Shown here one piece after another: positions 1 to 10,700 of a DNA stretch of 64,000 nt. Source of the stretch: Oopsacas minuta (lineage: Eukaryota; Animalia; Porifera); assembly GCA_024704765.1 (NCBI GenBank), contig JAKMXF010000303.1:391897-455896 (forward strand), read 5' to 3'. The notes beneath the pieces were generated by a model, which saw only the letters and a list, made by a program, of their open reading frames with translations, ran no database searches and was not told the origin of the DNA. Each line of letters begins with the position of its first letter. Position 1 is the stretch's first letter. The position numbers were made by a program, and so were the translations under genes.

Positions 1-1290
1 ACTCATTGATCAGACTCATGAGCCAGACTAGACTTACTTGAACCTATGTGACCTGTTATAACAACTAACTGAGCTCTATCTACTCTCAAGTTTGGCATTT
101 TCAAAACAATTCTATTTCTGTCCTTCTCTTCTGTTCCACTCCAAGAAGCTGAGAGATCTACTATTTCAATAGAAGCGTGTTCTAACAAGGGAGACTGTGT
201 CAGACATGTGTCTATGTATTCTGGAAGTTCTAGAATATTTGAATTAGTTTCAGAGCAATCACGGATTCTCTTGCTGTTAAAACGGCGATTCCAAAGTACG
301 AATTACGTCAGGGCGAAGATTACTGAAAATGAGAAAACCAAATCCTAACTGAGAGGTCATCAAGGATTATTATCAGCAGCAATACTCACAGAGTAAATAT
401 GGAATAATGCAATGAATATACTACTATTGTAGATTGAGGTAGTTATACTTTGACAGATACCAGCTAGACTGGCAAATCGTATTTCCTTCCCTCTAATCTT
501 CTTATCTGTTTAAGGAAAGAATTCTCCCAAACATCCAAAAATTTTATCACACGCAGCCCTCTGATTATCTGATCCATCAATTCTATCCGTTTGTCTCCTG
601 TTATAGATTGAAGATATCTGAAATGACCAAATAAATATCCAACAACCAACTGAAGAGGTATATGTAAAATTATATAGACCAACCAATGAAACCCATTGGC
701 CCAATATAAATTTGAAAATAGTGCAATCGATAGAAGAATTAAGACAAATCCAAAAGCAATTCCAATACACTACAAAATCCAACTTATAAACATCATTAGA
801 CATCAAATTGATAATTTGACCAATAAAAGTTTAAATAAATAGCTTTTCTATACAGAGCAGTGGTACATACAGTTCTCAGCTGCATTCCAATCGAATATCC
901 ATCAACATTGTTAATTGCATGGTAAAACATAAGATAGATAATTATTGATGAAATTCCTATTGCATAACCGAGTGAGGGAGCTACTGCATTATTCTCAGTG
1001 AAACTTGTAGAAAGATGTGAAAATAATACAGGTAGGATTAAAAGCACCAAACTATTAATTAGATATAAGATTTCTGCAATTATGAAATGTCTACTGAGAG
1101 CTTTTGTAAGAGCTATCTTCATATCAGGTGTTGTCTTCAACTCTACCTGTCAGTACTCTTCAAATTTATCATATAGATATTCAGAACATTGTTCTCTCGG
1201 ACAAGGAAATAAGTCATTTAGCTTGAATCTGTTTCTGAAATTCGAACCAAAAATTTCCTCTTTAATCTAACTTTCTAGGATTAATGTAAA
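1..1290 (-). pseudogene. ABCC/MRP4-like transporter pseudogene (TMD1 to start of NBD1), continues past window edge
   Basis: Fragments GMQLRTVCTTALYRKA, MSNDVYKLD, DKRIELMDQIIRGLRVIKF...WENSF and EIVDLSASW...QLVVITGHIGSSKSSL resemble ABCC TMD1/NBD1. In-frame stops at expected Trp positions (S*IKE near 1270; FEEY*QVELK near 1152), several frameshifts, further stops at 250-360, and a degenerate Walker A. Confidence 0.8.
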
Positions 1291-1820
1291 TCTAAAAACT
1301 CATATGTGCAAAATCTTCACAAATTGTATGTTCATTCCACCGAAGTTACCAAATTCGTTTGAAAATTCGTTAGTCTTAGCATGGCTATGGTCGTAGCTAC
1401 TAACCAATAATTGAATTTGTGGGATTTCAAAATGTTCAGCCCAGTCCTCAAACTATTACGTCACAAATTTGATTTCACCTATTATAAATTTTTGTATATT
1501 ATACGATCTTTGGCAATGACATACTTTGACAACCAGGAGGTGGAAATGGAGTATGACACAATTGCAACTCAAGAACTGGAGGAATTCCGGGAAAGGAATA
1601 AATTGTTACGCTTGTTATTAACAAAATTACTCCATCCCCTTAACAGTTATGCCAAAGAAGTATTTCATAAATTTGTAGCAATATTCAAAGATTTTCTATG
1701 ATCTATAGTCTAATATACTCCAATACTGCATAATATGAAGAGTTGGTATTAAACAGCTGCAGAGCAGTACAATATATACGGATGATGGATAAAAGAATAA
1801 AATCAAAATTTATGGATATA

Positions 1821-2326
1821 CGAGCGCGAGCCTTTGGCTCGTCGCTTCGCGAACAATTGAGATTTAATAATATTGATGTTATTTACAATATTCAGATTCA
1901 GCATACACTATTATCACAGTATAACCATTGAAAGCATGTTTCTACAACAATTTTGAAATTTTAGTTTATGTACCTAAAAGTAAACAAATGTTCACAATAT
2001 GTTGTTTAGAATACCATATTCAGACTCAGCATACTCGAATACCCCAGGATAGCCGTTGAAAGTATGATTCTACCTCAATTTTGAAATTTGCTTACTTTAT
2101 ATTCATAAAAACAACAGTAAATTTACATATGAAAAACTTGAAAATGCGAAATTCGGATTCAGCATGTTGGATATATTCAGTGAAGTTTTATTGAATTATA
2201 TTTACTTCCTTGATAAACACAATAAATACATAGTTATACGACAATTTCATAATTGCATACCGTAAATCCTTTCCTTGACAACGGACAACAGACAGACAGA
2301 CAACAATTGAGATTTAATAATATAGA
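1821..2326 (-). mobile_element. Non-autonomous Helitron-like dispersed repeat, copy 1
   Basis: 5' A|TCTATATTATTAAATCTCAATTG, then a (GTCT)n microsatellite, and a 3' hairpin CGAGCC-AAA-GGCTCG followed by CTCG|T. Homologous to 28396-28954 and 62490-62589. Confidence 0.55.
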
Positions 2327-2337
2327 TAAGCATATAA

Positions 2338-2388
2338 TATAAATACAGTGACATCTTGATCCAACATCAGGATGTCACTGTATTTATA
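2338..2388. repeat. Near-perfect inverted repeat (23-bp arms, 5-nt loop)
   Basis: TATAAATACAGTGACATCTTGAT-CCAAC-ATCAGGATGTCACTGTATTTATA with one mismatch; contains TA|CAGTG...CACTG|TA. Confidence 0.85.
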
Positions 2389-2484
2389 ACAAATCCAACA
2401 AGGGGAAGATGAAATTCTTCGAGAATGCAGATGTCAACTGTACTATGCGGGGAATTGAAGACCTGTATCATAGAATATAAATAA

Positions 2485-2490
2485 TTTATT
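2485..2490 (-). promoter_or_regulatory. Candidate polyadenylation signal (AATAAA) of ADGRV1
   Basis: TTTATT on the + strand, about 135 nt downstream of the stop codon. The region is AT-rich, so specificity is limited. Confidence 0.4.
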
Positions 2491-2624
2491 TAAATACATA
2501 TAAGAAACATAAATAAAAGTCAAAATAATAGGTGACTATTGGAATATATAATAGTAACCTAATGTAAATTCATACTTTGGTATAAGAATAAGCTGTGTAA
2601 CATAAAAAGGAGGTGTATCAAATC

Positions 2625-4706
2625 TCATAAATGAGTATCAGCTATTGAAATCCGTCTCTTATTGAAAACCTCTTGGACGGAAGGTTCAGAGCGAGTATCT
2701 CCATTCTGGAAGTAAGAATCTTGGTCAGTGTCTCCCACCTTGAGGGTGTACAGGAGATCATCTATCTCTGGGTCCTCAGTATACATGGCACTGCTCCTGG
2801 CAATGTCAGAAGGAGGGTAACTCCCCTCCAGGATAGAGGATGCATCAGGTATGCTAGGATTTACATAGATCTTATCCTCGAGGTAACTGGGAGGTCCTAG
2901 CGCAAGAGGAACATCAACTTTCATCGGAGATACAGGGGAAATAGATGTGTTGATATCATTAGGGTCTTCTTGAGGGTAATATGACTTCTTACGAGCAACA
3001 ACAAATATATAAATAACCATTATTCCATACACAACTATAATATAAGCGGCTAGGACAATCTGAGCGAGGATAGCCAATATCAAAACGTAAAGCTGTCCCA
3101 CAATGAGATGGATAGCAGAGAATAACCAAGCTAGTCCTATTACAATAAGCAGTATTAGCAACTTAAAAACCTCTCTGGTATTCTTAGATGTGAAATATAT
3201 GTCATCATACTTTAGATCTTCATTACTGGATGTACTGGTCATCAGGAATAATATGATAACACCACCAATTGACAGGAAGAAAAATATAAAGATAGGGGCA
3301 ACAGCTGTAACCATGTTTACAGTGAAGTTCGGTATAAAACATAAATCTCCATTTCCGTAAACATCTCCATACACTTGTGCCCACTCGAATGCTAGACCAT
3401 AACGCACTATGAATATACAGAGTAGTATCACTATTGCAGGAGCTAGCCAGCCGAAAAATGCATACAGTACTAGCTGTAGATGTTCAAATGCAAGTGTACC
3501 GAAGTATACAACAAGAATTACAGCCAAGACGATGAGTAAGCACCATAGGAATGTGACAAGACTGAAGTAGTGTAGAATAGCGCCAATAGCAGCACAACCT
3601 GCCTCATTAGCTATAGGAGATAGAAGGGAAGCGAGCAGGAATGTAACTTCACACAAGAGTAGAGATATTAATAGATTCATTATAAGATGTGTCACTAGCT
3701 GGAATTTAGTGTAGTACACGAAATGTGTTACAATAGAGAATAATACAGCTAGTACTACAATACCACAAGCTACTGCCATAGCAACACCAAACGAGTAGCG
3801 ATTATCTGCAGCTGCATCAGCTGCGAAATTAGTCAGGTGGTTGCACTGACACTCAATAAAAGGCTGCTCAATCAATTGGCGTGTAATGCTACACCCCTCG
3901 CTTGACCATCTTGATCTAATGGGGTCCCAGAATATACACTGACTGTTCTTGAACTTTACTACCTGACCTGGACTCACTACTCTGTAGGTAAGAGGAGAAG
4001 GAATAGATGTAATCTAAACGGAAACAATGTAAGGTATGCTGCTATATAGGTTCATAGTAGTAATGATTATAACTTACTTCATTTCCAAAAGAATCTCTTA
4101 ATCCTACAGATAACACAGTCTGTCCGAATACACTAGCTACACTAGGATCCTGGAATATACTATTAGATCCCATTGTCATATCAGCAATGAACACCTGAGC
4201 TCCGCAATTCTCTCCGTCATCCACAGGCAGCACCCCAACTGGAAATTGGAATGTATTGCCATTAGTATTGAATCTGTAACCTGAAATCTGAGATGAACTT
4301 CCTTTGTAAGCTTGTATCTCTATCACACTTGATTTCATCTCAACTGGAGCATCCATAGGACAGGGTAACAAAATAAGGAGAGAGTAGCTGAAGGACTCAA
4401 CTACATTCGCGAAGAATGATTGTCCTGAAAACTTTTCACTACCAATAATCAGGGATAAAATAGTAAAGATATTCTCTTGAAGTGATGTTGAGTAAGATCC
4501 ACTAACTCCATCACTAATCAGCTGATCTAGAATACTCCTTATTACCAAAGATTCACCAGTAGTAGCTAACGTGGTGATCTTTTCGGTGTCTAGGAATGTT
4601 AAAAGGAATTGACTAGTATCAAGGCCATCAATAGCTAAGCTCAATTGCTGGGAGTATATTTCCAATAACCTGAACTCGTTACCATGTCCAGTAAGTAGTA
4701 TTGTTG
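2625..4706 (-). CDS. ADGRV1: ADGRV1 exons 37-38: GAIN/GPS, 7TM and cytoplasmic tail with PDZ-binding motif
   Basis: [16 protein letters not shown]...[12 protein letters not shown] (GPS), seven hydrophobic helices, GDLCFIPN loop, [10 protein letters not shown] motif and terminal IADTHL*. 64-bp intron at 4014-4077. Confidence 0.95.
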
Positions 4707-7700
4707 CTATATGAATACATAATGCAATTATATAACTTGACAAATAAACATATTTGCCATTGTTAATACTTCTACAAAGACGATTCTACACGATTGAAAA
4801 AGAGAACGCTCTGTATTTTTGTTATATAGAATTGACTAACCTCTCAGGAAGTCACCCCCCTCTGCAGGATGTACAGGTACAAGATCTACATACAACAATC
4901 TTGTTTCTCCGGAATTCAAAGGATTTCCGAGAATTTGTATATCAATAAAGTCCTCAGTACGGCCCTCTGTGAAGTTAAGCGTCCCATCAGCTGATAGATA
5001 GTGACCTCCTATCTGAGCATTAGAAGCAGTGTATGAACCAAGGGTAATACTCTCCTGTGTTATACCGGGAGTGTTGTAGTGGACTAACACATATCCCAAG
5101 TTACCTCCCTCCCTCTCTATTGTGAGTCTGACTGTGAAGTCAATGTCTCCGCTAGTAACTGTTCGGAACCTGTGGGAAAGGTTTTGAGTATGTAAATATT
5201 AAAGATACTGTTACGGGATTATGTTCTGATTGAATAATTACCATCTTCAGAAATGGTTCGAAAATGCCGAAATCAGAAAATTTGGGGAATCAAACTAGGT
5301 GTCCCTATTTCACTTAGTGAAATATTATTGCAACCTAGTCGGAATATTTTCCCAATTCGGTTTTTCGATTGTAAAAGTTCATTTTCGCCAATCGTTTTGT
5401 TTATGAGTATGTACGTATATGATCTAAACTGTACTCTTGTGTTATGAATTATATTTAATGTAATACCTGCTATCTGGAGCAAACTCAATAGCTCCAAATG
5501 GGAAGTCAGATTGTAGAGAGGTAACCATGGAAACAGCTCGTGACTGATCCAGTACAGCTATAGGATTAATGGTATCTCCTAAGAGCTGCAGATAGAACGT
5601 TTCCATTAATTCTGGGATAGTATCTTGTTTGAGAGAGAGGGTGAAATTAGTGGTTGATGCTAGTGCTTCAAATGTAGCTATTCCTGATGTTTCCACAAGC
5701 TGAGTACTCAAGATACTAATTTCTTCAGATGTAGCAGGTGTGTCGCCAGGAGATAGCTTAGCTTGCCATTGAATAGACACGCTACCGAACATACCTCTAT
5801 CACGTGATAAACTCACCTAGGAAAATGTGATAATAGTACACGAGTATTTAGGATAGTAAAATTGCAATAGATAGATGACTAACATTGTCAGGGGGGGACA
5901 CGGACAAATGACTACATGGACAAATGACTACGGACAAATGACTACATGGACAAATGACTACATGATAATTGGGGAAATGGACACATAGACAACAAGGAAC
6001 TTCAAGGGTGCCCTCTATTATTGAACAGTAAAAGGCTGTTTCTTTCATTTCGCCCAAAATGTTGGTGCAAAATTCAGGAATTAGGACTCCAAACAGACTA
6101 TTTGAACGATGAACAATTAGCTCTTCGTCTAAGAATGCTTCCTGCACTTGCTCTTGCGCCTCCACTTGAAGTTCAAGAACTCTTCCCACAAGTAATAGAA
6201 CAACTGGATATACCAGCTTCTCTTGAACTTGCATTGTATTTTGAGAATACCTACATAGGTCGAACAGTGCCCGGAGGAACACAGTTAGCACCATTATTTC
6301 CCATTGAGATGTGGAATCATCATCACGCTGTACCTCAGGGGATACCTCGTACAAACAATGCTGTCGAAGCATGGCACAGAGCCTATAATGTTACTATTGG
6401 TTGTCACCATCCGAATATATGGAAATGGATTATCGCAATCAGACGATAACAAGGATTGGTTGAAGTAAAGCAGGCTACATTTTTAGCGGGAGATAAGCCA
6501 TCTAAAAGAACAAAGAATTCCGCTAATGAGGAGGGATTGACCAATCTTGTTCTTAGTTACTTTCACCGATCCCAAATGGAATTCCTCCAAGGGATTGCAC
6601 TCAGATTCACTTTTGGAACAAATTATGACGAGTTATAGGATATACTACTATGATATTCTATCTTTACTTATGCATCACTACTTCGTCTTTTGTTATTTTG
6701 ACTTATTATTAAATTTAGCAGAATATATACACATCACTATAAATCAGTAGAAAACATGTATCTATATCACAAAGTACCGAAATTGTGATATTTATCATAT
6801 AGTCATTTGTCCGTATCCCGTCAGAGGATATTTCATGTTTCAAAATATTTATGAACGATTTCGTCATATCACAAGACAACTCTCTTAAGAAGATAGAAGT
6901 GCTAATAAAATTTGGTCAAAATTATGGCTCAAACTTTAGAAACCGGAATAAGTCTCATTATTTGAATAAGGATAAATCTTTGAGTTATAGTTAGACGTAT
7001 TCAAACTCCTCCTAACAGAGAATGAATGGATGTCTATCTTATTATTGTATTATGACAAACAATAAGTGTGTAGAAATTGGATCAAGATTTACAAACAGCA
7101 GATGAAATACTCACTTGAATGGAAGGCATGATATCTTCACTGATGAATAAAGACAGAGAATTGTCTGAGAACCTGAGAATACCTCCAGAGTCATCATTAG
7201 CTGAGATTATAATTGGTAGTAGAGATCGCTCAGAAATGCTGGATTTATAGGATGCATTGTACAGTTGTAAGAGGACCAGTTTGTCTAATTCAGGAATATC
7301 TTCATCCAATATTCTTAGAGAAAATTGCATGACAGTCTGATTGAGGGTGTAGACCAGTTGTTCGTCTAGTCCTATATAATCTTGGTCTTGAGTTGCATTG
7401 GCAGTCCTACCAAAGTATTGTAGTGAAAAATATAATAATTTTGGTTGTAATATTTAAGGAATCCGCAAATTTTCTCTCAAAAACTCTTATAAAACCGTAA
7501 ACATTCTAATAGAGCAAGATTGCTACTAAAGCAATCGCTTATCGGCGAACTTCATTGTAATGTAAATACCACCAACACAAACAACACTTCAAAACATCTT
7601 ATGAAGCTATCAGTACATAAGTTCATTCCGGAGACAAAATTTCCCTCAATATAATTACAAAATTGCTATACTTACGTTTCCAAATTAACTCCTAATGAGC

Positions 7701-10700
7701 TGTAGTCAATGCCTATGCTTGTAGCTAGATCAGGTGATACAGTTCTAACGGAAATATCAGCTGGAAAGATAACACGATCAGTATCTCGTAAAATAGTAAT
7801 TACTAGCAGCTGAAACTCTTCCTGTACAATCAACTTATTCTGAGAGAAACTGAACACTCCAGCTGGATTGTCATCATCTACGATATTGACAAGCGACGTC
7901 ATATGGTTGTCACGCAGACGAGGAGAATCTGACAATTGACTTGTAGAGTCTACAACAATTGAGAGGGTCACAATGAATAACTTATCTGTCCCTGGTATGT
8001 CGTCATCCATTGCTAGACGTACTGATATTTGCCGTCTAGTCTGGTATGGTTCTAGTTCCAGAACTCCTTGAGTTCTATTATAGTCAACATTAACTACAGC
8101 TAACTCTTCAAACATAGATGTAACATTATCCAGTGATCCAGTGCTGTAGCTAACGAAAATTGTTCCAAATGATCCGAATAATCTACATATAATAATATGC
8201 AATAACATTGAGACTTGAGAGTATCGTTATCTGAATACTATGAAATTTCTAGTATCCGTTTCGAAAATACACAACTAAACAACTTTACAAATGACAAAAT
8301 CGAAATGCTAAATTGTACTGCCAACAAATTCTAATTTATGTATGTACACAAATACAATAAAAGATTGTTAAACAGGTCAAACACCCAAAAATGGTTATGA
8401 ATGAAATTTCCAATATATTGATTGATATACAGTAGAGGTTGTAAAGGCCGACCCGAGCCTGAACGAGAATATACTCTGCTTTAAATAAGATAGCTAAAAG
8501 AGCTTGAAACCAAATATCAACGAATTTTCGCATACGCTAATTTAAGAATACATTGTTCACCTGAAAACATCAAGTTTTGCAATTTCCCCAGACTCATCTA
8601 CGCTAAATTCTAGCTGGTCAGTCGGGAACCCCACTACTCCTTGAGGCTCTACCACTGCTGTGTGAGCAGATGTGCTGGGGAGAGCTCTTACGGTAGAAAG
8701 AACTTCAACAAGACGTATAGTGAATATCTCAGGATCAGAGGTCAAAAGGTTAGGAGATAGGGAGAGAGAAATACTTTTGCTACTATCTGAAGATGTAAAG
8801 TTGGCCTGTCCACTATCTGGAGTGATTAATCCATCCAGGAGAGGAGGAGTAACTTCTTCTTGACCTGTTACAAATCCTATTGTGACATCACCGAATGTAC
8901 CCTCACGCTCTAACACAAGGTTAATTGTATTAGAAGTGTCATCAACTTTAGGTGATAGAGAGCTGGACGAAAATGAGATTCTGTAGAATAGTCTCACAAT
9001 AATATTATGAATAACAAGTACAATAAAGATATTCCGTGATAACCAAACAAATAGTAACCCTAGCAGATGATAGTATGGATTATTTAATCAGGACATAATG
9101 TGGGAAGCCGAGTATCAAGAACTATAGTCTTCAACCACTGATAAAATTTCTATACAAATGGTACTAATCTCGTCTATTCTTGAGGGGCAAATACAGTAAA
9201 CTGTAGAATTTAGAGTAAATTCCATGTCAAATTTGCATTATACGTATTTGCAAACCTCAGTTACTGATTTCCTATGCTAATTTAATACTGAATATTTTCA
9301 ACTAAACAAATTTGCCACTTTACACCATCAACAGCCATTAACATATGGTGATAGGTTTCACTAAGTGATATAGGGTTGGAAATTTTCAAACTTATCAGTG
9401 AGTATTTGATAGAAATCTTAGAAACTGTTTTATCAGAATACGTAGATTGCGAATTTGACAAATAAGTAGATTGAGAACAGACATATCCTCAATCATAATG
9501 TGTTATTGTATTATTAGACATCAAAGATATACCCACTATATACCCACTATATACCCACTATATACGCACTATATACCCACTATATACGCACTATATACCC
9601 ACTATATACGCACTATATACCCACTATATACGCACTATATACGCACTATATACCCACTATATACCCACTATATACGCACTATATACCCACTATATACGCA
9701 CTATATACCCACTATATACCCACTATATACCCACTATATACCCACTATATACCCACTATATACGCACTATATACCCACTATATACGCACTATATACCCAC
9801 TATATACCCACTATATACCCACTATATACCCACTATATACCCACTATATACCCACTATATACGCACTATATACCCACTATATACCCACTATATACCCACT
9901 ATATACCCACTATATACCCACTATATACCCACTATATACCCACTATATACCCACTATATACCCACTATATACGCACTATATACCCACTATATACGCACTA
10001 TATACCCACTATATACCCACTATATACCCACTATATACGCACTATATACCCACTATATACCCACTATATACCCACTATATACCCACTATATACCCACTAT
10101 ATACGCACTATATACCCACTATATACCCACTATATAATATATATTCATGTCGGTATATTTGTTTATTTTTTAGAGTCATTAATTGATTTAATTTGCTTGA
10201 CTATAATCTTCTAAACTTATGTACATGATCTATATGTATCATAATTAAGGATTTAGGGTTTAGAATGCCCCGCGCTAAATACAAGATATGTGACATTCGT
10301 GGAAAAAGTGTGTCCCCTGATTAAATGTTATTATTCAGAGTTACGATTCGATCAAATATTGAATAAAGCTAAATATATATAATACATCTATATTACATTA
10401 TACCTTGCATTAGCCTGATGCTGTAATACAATGAAGTTGATATAATCATTCTCATTAGCGATGCGAGGAGGTAGTCCCGTAACAGCTGTACCCTCTGCAG
10501 TCACCTCAGTTAGAGTTAATGTGAGATTACCATTAGTCCCCAAAAATGTATCTACACTAATAGGTATATAGCTGTCTACCCAGGCTATACCATCAGACAC
10601 AACTATCGTATCGTTATAGACTAATGTAATAAATTCAGATTCTCCGTAGTCAGTGTAAGTGAGTGAGTATGTAACAGTAGCATCACTAGTCAAGCCCTGA

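Noticed and set aside
1140-1280. TGA/TAG at Trp positions suggesting an alternative genetic code
   Set aside because: TGA terminates ADGRV1, DRG2 and the bHLH normally, TGG encodes Trp throughout, and the same region has frameshifts, so it is a pseudogene.
1411-1931. ORFs 1411-1701 and 1743-1931
   Set aside because: Short, non-ATG starts, low complexity, partly overlapping the Helitron-like repeat.
5848-6372. 174-aa minus-strand ORF
   Set aside because: Antisense to the MULE remnant; the [10 protein letters not shown] repeats are the subterminal DNA repeats.
9471-10214. 247-aa ORF of [11 protein letters not shown] repeats
   Set aside because: It is the translation of the stop-free 11-bp minisatellite in an intron, opens on TTG, and shows no coding signature.
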